A DNA stretch of 64,000 nt from Catajapyx aquilonaris. Lineage: Eukaryota. Below are positions 16,398 through 28,533 of the stretch, one piece after another (within the stretch, counting starts at the first letter, position 1; every line of letters begins with the position of its first letter). Under the pieces are notes generated by a model, which ran no database searches, had not been told where the DNA came from, and worked only from the letters and a program-made list of their open reading frames with translations. The position numbers and the translations under genes were made by a program. Location of the stretch: the NCBI GenBank assembly GCA_000934665.2, contig KZ538408.1, positions 1 to 64,000 of the forward strand. Reading direction: 5' to 3'.

Positions 16398-18731
16398 ATG
16401 AGTCGCATGGTGCCATACAAGGAAATAGCAAAGGTGAGTATGCAGCATGTTTTAACTTATTATTATAACCAAAGTTATAATGATTCGAACAAACATATGA
16501 AGAGTCAATAATAGACATCCTAGAATGTACCTCTGGAACCATTGCCTGGAAATTGCCTTATTACTACTAACATGCTGCTAAGAAGCTCCACCCACAATAT
16601 CAGCAGTGGCATGGAATTTTCGTCTCACTGCTAAGCGCAGTTACTGCTAAGGCAGGAAACATGGCTGACGTCAGAGGAACCCTCCATTTACCATTCCCCA
16701 AAAGGTAATTGACACCTCTACCATAACCAATGTGGTCTTGGAATGATAGCTGCTAAGTATCAGCAAGTCTGTTAAGTCACTTCTGACAAAAAATACAAAA
16801 ATTTCACCCATAATGAACTACAGTCCATTATTTCTGCTTTCATTAAGCATCCCCACATGACAGAGGTAACTTATATTATTTAAGGTACCTGTACCCTACT
16901 TATTGTACTGAAAAATGTTTTGTGAGGATATGCTCAGTAATACAGGGTGGTCCAACTTTTTTGTCCGAACAGCTATTGACAAATTCGGCCTAAGCTGCTT
17001 ATGTTGTAGTGCGTTACCTGGCAACCCAGTCCGGTGGGCCAATTCAAACATCAGCCCATGGAGAGCGCTTCCATTGTTGCCACTGTTTACAAATCGAGTG
17101 AGTGACGCGGACGACCCAGCGATGGGTCTCTGCCTGCTTACACATCAGTAGCAAGGGATAAGCAGGGAAAATAATGATGTTACTAAGAGCAAGCCAATGA
17201 CAATGTAAAGAACACTTAGCACTCGTCTCCATGTGCTGATGTTTGAATTGGCCCGCCGGCCGGGGTTTCCAGGTAACGCACTACAACATAAGCAGCTTAG
17301 GCCGAATTTGTCAATAGCTGTTCGGACAAAAAAGTTGGACCACCCTGTATATGAGGTGAGCAGTGACCAAGTGTTAGCATTCAGTCAAATATTGCAGCAA
17401 TTTTTGACCATTTCCATCAAAATTATTCAACATAAATGTTAACATGTACCATTCGACCCCTTGTAAAGTACAAAACTGATTGTTTGGGCCTGTCACAAAC
17501 ATGTTATGCAGTTTCCAATGAAATACAAATGAAAGGTGACAAGTGACTGCTGTTTATCATGGTTAAAACCAAGCTTGTTAAAAAACGACTTATGCAGTCT
17601 TGTATCATTAAAATTCAGTTTTTTTAAATTTAAAAAAACAACCAAACTTTCCTATTACTGACTTACCAGACCTGGGAAAAACTTTAACAGCCCAAAAAAC
17701 AAGCCAGCTTTTCTGGCCTACACAACACTACCTGTGACATACCAAATTTAAGAGAATGTGAATCATTTTACAAATATATTATTGTCATGTGCAGTTGCAA
17801 GTGAAAAATATATGCACAGCTACCAACATTACTCCCAAAATCAGCAGGGAACCCCCTCCCATCAGGTGATGCTAACACTATTTTCTTTCTTCCCTCTCTA
17901 TTCACAGGGCTACATACATGTGGACGCGGACAAAGAGTTCATCGCCATAACCATAGACCGGAAGGATGGTGTGCAAATGAAATATAGGTTGAAAAGAACC
18001 ACAACGTTCAGCAACATGATGTGGAGTTATGCTAATGATGCAGTCAGTATATCCTATTATCTCTCATTTCAAGTTGCAATTTCAGAATCATATTGGTCAA
18101 GACTACTTCCGAACTGAGACCAGAAGTTGGTCATGAAACCTATTAAGGATCCAGTGAATCCGAATCCGAAAACAGCTTGTGGATATCTCGTGCGGTTTAG
18201 GCCCTGATACCTGTCCACAGACGGACATAGACGGCCAGACAATAAGTATAAAAAAGTCTAAAATATGTTCCTGTCTAGTCGTTCTATTGTTCCTCAAAAT
18301 ATGCAAACTTATTTCATTTCACCCTGTATATCCCAAAAAAGCTTGGGCAAATCATGGTCAGTCTCAAACATTTTTATTAGGATGCCTCATGCTAAATCAT
18401 GGTGTGTGGTGGTGATATTTCCTGGTTGACCAATCTATATTTACTAAGATATTCTGCATAATATAATGGAATTACTGTACCTGCATGCATGAGGGCATTG
18501 CAGTAGCATTTAGTGGGCACTATAATTATGTAATTCAAATGGTGATAATTTCTTGATTTGACTTACTTCCAGCGGGTGCCCATCTCCACTGTTCGCTTCA
18601 TATGTGAAGGCCACCATGTTTCTGCCAAAGATACCCCTAATTCCGTGGCCTTCCAGGAAGGTAGCTCGTTTCAGATTTACCTACTAAGATGCTACCATCT
18701 GAGTCCTGCACCATGCCCTCGCGGTGATTAA
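16398..18731 (+). CDS. Divergent SUMO-like (SUMO1-type ubiquitin fold) protein lacking the C-terminal Gly-Gly, ~109 aa
   Basis: Exons 16398-16433 (caccATG; MSRMVPYKEIAK|gtgagt), 17908-18042 (GYIHVDADKEFIAITIDRKDGVQMKYRLKRTTTFSNMMWSYANDA|gtcagt) and 18573-18731 (RVPISTVRFICEGHHVSAKDTPNSVAFQEGSSFQIYLLRCYHLSPAPCPRGD*). Phase-0 introns sit at SUMO-typical positions; AATAAA at 18928. Confidence 0.8.
16941..17349. mobile_element. Tc1/mariner-type foldback MITE in SUMO-like intron 1
   Basis: TA|CAGGGTGGTCCAACTTTTTTGTCCGAAC...GTTCGGACAAAAAAGTTGGACCACCCTG|TA; related short copy at 25794-26004. Confidence 0.85.
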
Positions 18732-19035
18732 TGCCAAAGTTTAGAGGAAGTTCTCTTCGTTCTCTGTTCAACCATGCACCATGGTAACCCGATTTTCACT
18801 CTAGTCTGCTCTAGTCACATGATTGTATTGGTGCTACATCTGGCTATGTTGTTGTTGTTGTTGTGGTTTTTGGAAGTCTCACTTCCTGATAGGTTACGAG
18901 TAACCATTGTACTGTACTACAGAGCTTAATAAAACGTTGACAAGGTGGTTGATAATAATGGTTTGTAACCAAATTTAATAAGTTTTTAAAGATAATTGTA
19001 TTGGTACTCTATTTAATAATTAAATTGGATTAATT

Positions 19036-19400
19036 GGGGAGGTGTGGTGGCCGTGATGGTAACGTCTCGGCTTGCTGAGTGAAAGGCCCCAGGTTCGATC
19101 CCCGCCTGGGGAACTTTCCTTTCACCTGCATCAGGAGGGTCTCTGACCTGCACCAAGGAGGTGTCTGGCAACCTAACCTCCTGGGGGTGCTGTCCCCCAG
19201 GAGGTTAGGTTGCCCATTTGTAGACATTACACTTGCACCTATGTTCCCTCCCCAAAAATCCCTTCCCTTGCCCCATGTCCTTTCATCCTTGCACCGGAGT
19301 TAGAAGAAAAATAGAAAATTGAAGGAAAAATGGTGGTATTCCACTCCCCTATAAGGGCCTATGGCCCTATCACGGGGTATATATATAAATATATATATAA
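19036..19400 (+). mobile_element. tRNA-derived SINE family C
   Basis: A-box-like GTGGCCGTGATGG; B box GGTTCGATCCC; 3' end shared with SINE A; (TA)n tail. Confidence 0.75.
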
Positions 19401-19768
19401 TTAAATTAATTGCATATTATAAATATATGGCTGTGTTGTTGGTGTTGTTGTTTTTGGAGGTCTCACTTCCCAATAAGTTGCAAGTTACCATATATTTTTC
19501 TAATGAGCTTAATAAAATGTTGTGAAAGTGGTTGATAATTATTGTTTGTAAACCAGATTTAACAACCTTTATAAAGGTAACTATCTACAAACATATGATA
19601 CTCTATTATGCAGTACAAACTGCCCTGAGTTTGGCTTCCACCAGAGAGGTTCTTGGAGGAATGGCTACCCTAATAACAGGCTTTCATCATGTAGTGGGTC
19701 ATTTTTGGAAAGTGCATATTCTGACCTGAACCCATTCCTTGTTGGGCACAGTATAGTCAGAGTAGAGA

Positions 19769-20072
19769 ACCGAAGCAGTAGTGGTGTAGTGGTATGGTGT
19801 CCGACTGCTAATCGGGAGGTCCTGGGTTCGAATCCCGGAGGCCGGCGACCCTGACCATGGTTTTCTGTGGTTTCCCATGGTCCTTGCAGGATAATTCCGG
19901 GGTCGTTACCGTAATATAGGCCACAGCCGCCTCCTTCCTTCCCTTTCCCTGCTTCATACCGGTGATGAGAAAAATAGTAAAAAATGGAAGAGTTCCAGAC
20001 AAAAAATTGGGAGAAATCCCCCCCTAGGAAAGCCCGTAGGCTGATAATGGGGTATCAAATTATTATTATTAT
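19769..20072 (+). mobile_element. tRNA-derived SINE family A, full length
   Basis: Homologous to 12432-12720; 15-bp TSD TAGTCAGAGTAGAGA at 19754-19768 and 20073-20087; head carries a tRNA-Ser(GCT)-like anticodon arm CCGACTGCTAATCGG. Confidence 0.85.
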
Positions 20073-20216
20073 TAGTCAGAGTAGAGATGAGCCCTGCCTT
20101 TATGCTCTGTAATAATTTCTGTACAGTACACTGCATTCCAATTATGTGTCCTTTTTTTGCTAGTGACTTTTGTAGTACTAATGACACTGATTATTTTATG
20201 CAGTTACCTTTGAACA

Positions 20217-20408
20217 TACAGGGTGACTCTAAAGTCGGGATACATAGGTAATTGGATTGTATTGCTGGTTTTCAGTTGTGCCAACTCCCAAGTGCCAACC
20301 GTACCAACTAATCCTTTGCTTAATGACAACAATCTGCTAGTTGGCGCAACTGGCAACCAACAATACAATCCAATTACCGATGTATCCTGACTTCAGAATC
20401 ACCCTGTA
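20217..20408. mobile_element. Small Tc1/mariner-type foldback MITE
   Basis: TA|CAGGGTGACTCTAAAGTCGGGATACA...TGTATCCTGACTTCAGAATCACCCTG|TA. Confidence 0.8.
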
Positions 20409-21713
20409 CAGTAGTAATTGTTTAGGGCTAACAAATTACTGCATTAAGCAATTAAGGGAATACCTGCTACTAATCCCGACTGGTATTACCACTGCGGGCG
20501 GGGTGGCCTTCATTCTGTTCAGCAATGTCCACGCACATTGGCACAATTACCAAAAATAGAGAGAACAATTCTGATTGCATAGAGCAGTTTTTTCTATTGG
20601 TACGTACCTCATCATGGCTCAACACCGGAGACTCATTTTTACATAGATTTTACATAGTTTTATATGGTTTTTTGTATATTTATATGTGTGTATTGTGCGT
20701 GTGTTTGTGTATCTGTATGTATTCATGTCATCCTTTTCATTATCATCCTATTCATTATATCCTCTGCGTGGCCTGACCAGTCACCAGAGGATTCATTATA
20801 CTGGTCGTTCGAGATGGCCAGGTGGACTGTTCCTACCTGGTCATCGCTGGTAACCCCATCTTGATGGGAATATGCCGTGAAGGAAATGAATGTATGTATG
20901 TATGTAAATACTGCGTGGAGGAAGTGCTGGCCATTCAAAAAGCTCTTACTAGAGCAGAATGGAATGTGTCAAGATTAGGGGAAGGAGTGGCTCTAGCTGG
21001 AGAGAAGGGAGGAAGGGCGGTCCACTGCAAGGTTGTAACTCTCCGCTGATATACTGAATGCTTGTTTTGGTTAGTGGCATTTATGATTTGAAGATGAGCC
21101 CAGCAAGGTGCATGTTGAGAAAATATCAGGATGTAAGAGGAATGCTTCAGCATGAGTTGACACATTAAAAGATCCTGCTAATCAATCAATCAATCAATTG
21201 ATTTAACCTAATATAGGGAGGGACCCGACTCTTTTCATGATACATCTGTCACCATGTATCCATTTTTTACATTTGCAAGTGAAGGTGGAGAGCAAGGCAT
21301 GATAAATGTACAGTTGATATTACAAAATATTTTTTATGCCATTTGGCCACGTACATCAAATACAGGTAGATCGCCTTCTGTTGTACAATCGTGGGCTCAT
21401 GGAGAATGTGCCAAATATTATCTCTATGTATTATTGGTATAAGGTTTTGTAACTTGAACCTCCCTCCCAGGAATATAGGACATTCACTGAGGATGTGGAC
21501 CCAATCGTTTTCCTTCTTTTGGTTACATAAATTACAATTTTCTTCCGGGTTAATTTGGAGACATAATTTGTTTCCTAGTGGTATCCAGTAGGAATGAAAT
21601 CTAAGACACGACAGCATTCTGCTCAGATGTAAGGGTGCGAAGGCTCTAACGTATTGGGTCGGAAAGTACAGTACCTATGTTGGTCGTAGTATATCAATTT
21701 CATTCTGTTAGAG

Positions 21714-22868
21714 CAGTGGTTTTCAAACTGGTACATGGACACAATTTTGGGGGTACACGAAAGATTTTTGGCAATGGCATCTGCTTTCTATATTTTGTGA
21801 GAACCATTATCCTGATTCGCGATAGAATACTTGGAACCAGGACGAAAAGGATCAATGTAACATAATCAAGTGGAAATATCGGCAGTCTGACTAGAAATGA
21901 AGAAATGACTTCTAGTTCTATGTAGGGTCAATATGCAGCACCGTGGACCTTCAAAGTAGATACTGTACGTCTCCCCAGCAGGTGCAGAACACCTTATTCC
22001 CATTCTAGTGAATCACTCATCAGCATATGGAACCTTGCTCAGTTGTGGCCTGAATGTTGTTCGCAGTAGTAGTGGTGGAAGTTTCTCGATTCATGGATTA
22101 TGTGGCTGCTAGGAAATTTATTGAATAAGTTGTTACGAATAGGGCCTAGTGCTATGAACCTATTTCGACGCATTTCTGAGAAAAACACAAAAAATTGTCC
22201 TACTCATTCCCATTCTTTTTTCCTATTATTATTTTAGTGAAGGCTTATCATACACAGCACGTGCATTGAAACTCAAAAAGCAACATGGCAGTCTTAGCTC
22301 AAAATAATGTCAAATCGAAGCAACTGCAGAGGGGACAGTGGAAGACAGTGTTCAATGCCAGCATACTAACTAGTATTGGAGCACATGAATCAATTGGCTC
22401 AACAGATTAGATATAATTTTCCCGAGGTGGACAATATATTGGACATGTCAATCAATTTGATCAGAAATCCATTTGAGATTTCTTTACCACATTTGCACAA
22501 GTCAGTGCAGGAAATGATCATCAAAATTTCCACGAATGGAAGTTTGTTTGAATTTGTGCCAAAAACACTTGTGATTTTTTGGGCTGGAAAAATTGAAGAC
22601 TATCCAGCTGGATCAACCTGTGCTCTGAAGTATTTAATTCCATGTGTACCACTACCTATTTATGTGAAGCAAGTTATCCGGCATTGACATCCATAAAAAC
22701 AAAATTAGATCATCGACTCTGTGCCAAGACATATATCTGGCTTAAATACGCCACTTGTCTCGAATGTTGCGAGAAAGAAAACTTGCCCATCACATTAACT
22801 GGTAAGTGCCCGCAATTACCGACATATTTGAAAAGGGGTACACGACAAAAAAAGTTTGGGAAGCACTG
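21714..22868 (+). mobile_element. hAT (Buster/Charlie-like) element with transposase C-terminal remnant
   Basis: CAGTG...CACTG termini; exact 8-bp TSD TGTTAGAG (central TA); IRNPF...FW...YP...ALKYLIP / TTYLCEASY..LTSIKTK dimerisation-domain motifs. Confidence 0.9.
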
Positions 22869-22991
22869 TGTTAGAGGTTGACCTGGTGAGACACTCGATA
22901 TGGTTTTTGACTTCTATGTCCAGCATAGTTTGTGTTACTATAGCATATTTCCGTACCCAGTTTTCGTCATCTTTTTCCATGAAATTACTAA

Positions 22992-23120
22992 GGGCCAGTT
23001 GCACCGGCCTCAGTATAACAAGAATTGCCATAGCAATCATTGTTGAAAAACAATGATTGCCATGGCAATTCTTGTTATACCCGAGGTTCTAAGTTATACT
23101 GAGGCCGGTGCAACTGGCCT
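22992..23120. mobile_element. PIF/Harbinger-like MITE
   Basis: TAA|GGGCCAGTTGCACCGGCCTCAGTATAAC...GTTATACTGAGGCCGGTGCAACTGGCCT|TAA. Confidence 0.8.
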
Positions 23121-23471
23121 TAATTGAGTGCCCATATTTGATAAGTAATTTATCCAGTTGTTTAAACCAGTTGTATCTTATCAGGGCATTCTTTTGGTTT
23201 ATAAGAAATTTCAAGGCCCTGTGGGGCAATCTATGTGGCTCCATGTTACAGACTCTTCTAAGATATTTCAGGGCCAGTATGATGATTTTAACTTTCAATG
23301 GGAGCCGGCCCATCTCCAGACGAAGCAGATAGTTAGGTGATCTCCTACCCATCACAAGTAACCTTTTCAAGGAGGTAGTCTGTGCACGTTCCAGGCTCGC
23401 CAGTAAAATCAAGCAGCAAAATTGGGGCTGCATAAATGGCTGTAGCCAGAAGATCCTGCTAATACTAAAGT

Positions 23472-24186
23472 GTGGGGTGATCGAAAAAGAATGAGCGGAT
23501 TTTAAAACCTTATAACTCAAAAACTTAAGCCATATCTTAATGATTTAAGTTTTAAAATGCTACGAAATGATGAAGTTTTGGTCTGACCTTAGTGTGTTTC
23601 GATATGAGCTTCAATTGTTGCTCAGCATGTAAAAATGATGGTATTCGGTCTTGTGCCCAACTCGCTCAATCATATCTGGAGTTATACCGTTGCGATCCTA
23701 TCCCACAGGTGCTGGATATCTCAGATATTTACACCGCACACACTGTTCTTGATGATTCAAATAAAAAAGTTGCCTCATCCATGAAACAAACCTGCTGTGG
23801 GAAAGTTTCATTTGATCCGTCTCCCAGTGTGCGAAGTCTTGACTGAGAAGTTTCACAATGCCTAGTCCCCCCAGAAGCCCAGATCTTACCCCGATTGACT
23901 TTTTGTGGACATTCATGTATGGTGAAAAGATCCGGGATCTCCATCACCTATGGGATAGGATCATAATGGTAACTCTCAGTCATGCCTGAGCTGGTTAGGC
24001 ATGACACCAATTACCGTATTTACATTATTTTGCCGAGCAACAAATGGAGCTCTTATTGAAACAAACTATGGTAAGACCAAAACTTTAGACACTTCTTAGC
24101 ATTTCAAAACTTAAATCATTTAGATGTGTATAAATTTTCGAGTTATAGGGTTTCAAAATCTGTGCATTCTTTTTCAATCACCCTGT
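23472..24186. mobile_element. Tc1/mariner foldback of two 3' ends
   Basis: Inverted arms; internal PRSPDLTPIDFLW catalytic-region motif at ~23870-23910. Confidence 0.75.
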
Positions 24187-24265
24187 ATCAGAGAATATGA
24201 GAGAATTTTGCATTGTAATGCACAATCAGAGATTTCCTCTTTTACTGCTAGCCCAGTGTGTAGTT

Positions 24266-24519
24266 CAGTGGTTCCCAACCTGTGGGTCGCAACATCCTTG
24301 GGGGTCGCGAGGCCTTTTCCGGGGAGTTGTGCGTGGCCGCAGTTATTTTTATAAATTAAAAAATAGCTACAATTAAAAAATTAATTAAATAAATTTCACA
24401 GGATTTCATCACGAAGGTATTTTCAACGCCTACTAACTACTAACACTCGGCGCGGGGGGGCAGGTTACTTGACTATCATAAAAGGGGGGTGGCGACCTGA
24501 AAAAGGTTCAGAACCACTG
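24266..24519. mobile_element. hAT MITE
   Basis: CAGTGGTTCCCAACC...GGTTCAGAACCACTG; exact 8-bp TSD GTGTAGTT. Confidence 0.9.
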
Positions 24520-24605
24520 GTGTAGTTGAACAAACACTTCCTGCAAGGTAATAAAATTTTAATCGTGGAGAGGGATGCACTCTGCTGGCACAGAAAATGA
24601 TAATG

Positions 24606-25244
24606 TACAGGGTGGACGATAAGTCCCAGGACACAGGGCTTTTTTTGCCTGCGAAACAAATCTGTGCATGGAAAATGTGTCAGGGATACTGGTGTGACAT
24701 TGTCTGGACACTGACGGTACTGTTTGATGAGGGGAGACATCTGGGACCCTCAACAACACCCACAGTAAGTTAACAGTGTTAACAGTGCAAGATGGCGGAT
24801 ATGAGCGGGTTCACTGTGGAGGAGAGACTTGTCTTTCACACTTCCTGTCTTTCACACTTCCCGTCTTTCACACTTCCCGTGCTGAATGCTTTTTTCTCCC
24901 ACTGGAACAAGTTACTTCTGCTCAGTGGCGCCTTACCAAAACCAGCCCTGAAATCCTGCATGGTGTGCGTTATGTTCTTTCCCGTATGAGGTCTCTCGTG
25001 GAACTACACAGCAGCCACAAGTCTCTCCTCCACAGTGAACCCGCTCGTATCTGCCATCTTGCACTGTTAACACTGTTAACTTACTGTGGGTGTTGTTGGG
25101 GGTCCCCAGATGTCTCCCCTCATCAAACAGTTCCGTCAGTGTCCAGACGATGTTACACCAGTATCCCCGACACATTTTCCATGCACAGATTTGTTTTGCA
25201 GGCAAAAAAAGCCTGGTGTCCTGGGACTTTTCGCCCACCCTGTA
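24606..25244. mobile_element. Tc1/mariner foldback of two 5' ends with a transposase HTH start
   Basis: TA|CAGGGTGG termini; the minus arm encodes MADTSGFTVEERLVAAV*FHERPHTGK...FGKAPLSRSNLFQWEKKAFSTGSVKD. Confidence 0.85.
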
Positions 25245-25793
25245 GATGTAGGAGTGTTGAGTAGGGTATGCTCTATGCAGGATGCAAATCTGCCATAGGG
25301 AAGCCACAACTTGTACACAAACTCAGCACTCCCTCCCCCACCTCTCCAGCCGATTACACCTGCCAAAAACATCCTTCCCCACAATTACAAGAGGAGAATC
25401 CCATGTAAGGATGTATATGTCAGTTCAGCTACATACTGAACCAGTAGTAGTTATTGATGCAATTGATCCTGACAGGCTTGTAATGGGAATGCTAATGTGT
25501 CCTCTTTAAGTAATAATTGAAGGGGTCGGTGCAATACTGCCCTAACCCTCCCAAACCTGATTTTGAGAAAACTGCAGTTGAAAGTTTGAGAGGCCATATA
25601 CATCCCATATACCGTGTGACTTATTTCATTTGATTTCTCAGTGACCGATGGCAGAAACAGCACAATTTCAATGGATTTTATTAGATACATGTGTGTAGTG
25701 TGTAGAAGTGTGCTTAGCTCAATTTGTGTCATTTGGTGGGTTAGGGCGGTATTGCACCGACCCCTTCAATTATTAGGAACAATAGTTACTACA

Positions 25794-26004
25794 TACAGGG
25801 TCTCAACTTTTTTGTCCGAACAGTTATCGGAAATATTGCACTAAGCTGCTACTTTGTAAGCAGTGTATGCCACTTCAACCTAAGATTCACAGGGAATATT
25901 CCCCATTCATCCGACAAACCGGTTGCAAGTCACTGATTATAAAGTAGCAGCTTATAGTGCAATATTTCCGATAACTGTTCGGACAAAAAAGTTGAGACCC
26001 TGTA
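25794..26004. mobile_element. Short foldback MITE related to 16941-17349
   Basis: TA|CAGGGTCTCAACTTTTTTGTCCGAACAG arms. Confidence 0.85.
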
Positions 26005-27359
26005 TAGTCTATTACATTTTGAAAATCTGGAATGGCCTTGATATTTTATTTGCAGGCACTAAACTAGATCAGGTGTGAACTCCTAGGCACCAGAGGATCA
26101 TAATATTGTGCTATGCAAAGTAGGCCTACTCTCGGGAGAGTAAGGCCTGTTACATGAGAATGAATGTCAATATAAAAATTTTGACTTCAAATTCAAACTC
26201 ATCACATACTAATACATATTAAAAAGTGAAAATGGCTTATTTAACAAAACAATTGTTGACCACAATTATATTAGTCACATTGAGCAATGTGCAGTGAACT
26301 TTCCGCAAAATAAGGTATGGCTGTTACAAAAAAATGGAGGGTGATGGACACTTTCTGACTTCATATTCGGAATCAGAGCGTATAAATGCATTAGAACCAG
26401 CTAAAATTGTTCATGTGCCAAAAACCTTGTTGACTAGTGTAATACATGCACCAGTTACACAATAAAATACACTGTCATAAATGATTTATTCCCATTCTAC
26501 AAGTGTTACAATATGCCCCTAGATGAAACCTAAACAAATATTGCAATGAACTTGCACTCAGTTTTTCATAACTGAATTGTGGCAGTGTTACTGTCTTTGC
26601 AGGGAGAGAATAGTAACATCACAAGAGATGAATATGTGATGTTGATAAGTAGGGTTGCAGGACATAAAGTACCGGTACCCCAAATATATTTTTGATTCAT
26701 GCAAAAAAAAACTGATTATAATGCAACAAGTAGGCCTATGTGAATTAAACCATTTTGTTGCAAATATGTCATGTTTCATTACTTACACAAGTTTACATGA
26801 ATACTACATTGTTCACATTCCATGTAGCAACAGCATGCTGTTCCCACTGTCAGATGTTGACATGACAGCAGCGCAGCTGTAACCTTTCTGATAGCCATTA
26901 CAGATAACAGCTTCCCTGGCATCATGCAGGTGGACAGCCTGCTCTTTGCTCAGGGGTCTGGATCATCGACCTTATCACCGAAGTTCTTTCCTATGGCAAG
27001 CAACATATCAATTGTAGAAGTGGGACCTGGCATAGTTGCGCCTTTTGAGACTTGCATTGTTTTATTAGTTTTATGCAGTGGTGCGCAGGAGTTCCGCTAA
27101 TCTGCTAGTAGCGGAACTGACTTTCCGGTTAGCTTATTGGCGTTTTCGCTAACATTGTAAACCGTTAGCGGACCAATTAGCTTCTGCTAAGTTAAGTTTC
27201 GCTAAATGTAAGTCTGCTAACAGGTGTATCGGGGGCCAAGAGAGCCACCCTCTCAGATTACAACTTTTATAGGCTGATGTTTTTGAAGGCCAACCGCCAT
27301 CACTTCGAAACGATGGAGTCGGAGATGGTCCAGCCAAAGTGAATTACATTTTCCAACTG

Positions 27360-28304
27360 TACGAGTGCCAGTCTGTACAAATTGAGACTGATTTTTTTGT
27401 GATAAAGAAAATTCGTTTATGACTTGCGGTGAATGGCATCGTGTGCAGAATGGATCGAAGTACTATATAAGATCCCCAAATTTTGTTCGAATATTCCGCG
27501 ATCCCAGGTGCCTGTGACACCGGATGTAGAGCTACATTGATATTCGCTTCCGCTCTGCAAGAGGTCAGCAGTGAGGACCAATGTTCTGCATTGAGGTTTT
27601 GCTTCAGTTTGAAGACAACAGCAATGAAGGCATACGACATGCTAGGAAAGGGCTATGATGAAGAAGTGTTCCGCAGCATTACGTTGGTACAAATCATTCA
27701 GCGAGGGTCGGTAGTCTGCTATCAAAGACACAGGTTTGCAGACTCACATCTGAAGAAATCTTTAACACTACCCGTACAGTGATTTTCTAGAAAGATTGCC
27801 ACAGAACAGTCGATGACTTTGCCAGAATATGTGGTATCTCCCGTGGTAGTGCCAACATAATTTTGCATTGACCGTTTAACCATTTTCACATGCGACGCGT
27901 TTAAGCCCAATGTGATGGGGCCCGAAGCAGTTGATGCCAGAGGAGAGGCAGATGCCGGTGGAGGTTTGGAAAGAGTTGCAATGTCATGTGGATGAACATG
28001 GTGACCAGTGTCTGCTACTCATATCTTATCATGTCGTACACCTCCTTGGCTGTTTTTTTCAAATGGAAACAAAACCTCAACACTGAATATTGGTCCTCAC
28101 CACCGACCTCCTGACAGAGAGGGGGCAAATGTGAACCTACTATTTCCGGCGTCAGAATTGCCTGGGATCGTGAAAGATTCGAACAAGAATTGGTGTTATA
28201 ATACCTCAATCCATTCTGGGCACGATGCCATTCACCGCGGTTATGAACTAATTATCTTTGTCACATAAAAAATCACTCTCAATTTGTTTTGACTCACCTT
28301 CGTA
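27360..28304. mobile_element. Mariner foldback of two 5' ends
   Basis: TACGA...TCGTA termini; both arms encode EDQ(C/Y)S(A/V)LRFCF.LK.TA...YDM, a mariner N-terminus, on opposite strands. Confidence 0.8.
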
Positions 28305-28533
28305 AAATGTAATACTTTTGTTCCAATTAAACTTCTTTGCTTTTTGAACTTGTTTATTACTTTTTGTAAAGAACATTAAATAACTAAATAAGGCATATGT
28401 GTAGACTAGCAGTGCTCTCTAGGCTCTAGCACTCTAAATCTGTTTTTATTTTTTGAAGGGTCATAGAGCCAACAAAGGCTAAATTCATATAACAAAAGTT
28501 AGTGTTAGCAGATATAGATTTATCTTCCGCTAA

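Larger units (their letters stand above)
21180..23470 (-). mobile_element. RTE-X-like LINE 3' remnant interrupted by hAT and Harbinger insertions
   Basis: LERAQTTSLKRLLVMGRRSPNYLLRLEMGRLPLKVK...; CNLCNQKKENDWVHILSECP zinc knuckle; (ATTG)n tail at ~21180-21196. Confidence 0.8.

Noticed and set aside
16661..16704. Alternative SUMO-like first exon ATGGCTGAC...AAAAG|gtaatt (MAD..., a SUMO-like start)
   Set aside because: It ends in phase 2, incompatible with the phase-0 exon at 17908; the 16398 exon fits.
19775..19850. tRNA-like sequence with a GCT anticodon arm (similar heads at ~19040, ~38050-38110 and ~48835)
   Set aside because: SINE heads: no closing acceptor stem, and most are followed by a SINE body, tail and TSD.
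20770..20860. Hairpin-rich segment, possible self-cleaving ribozyme
   Set aside because: A stem-loop is present, but I could not fit the hammerhead core (CUGANGA...GAAA) or an HDV-like fold by eye.
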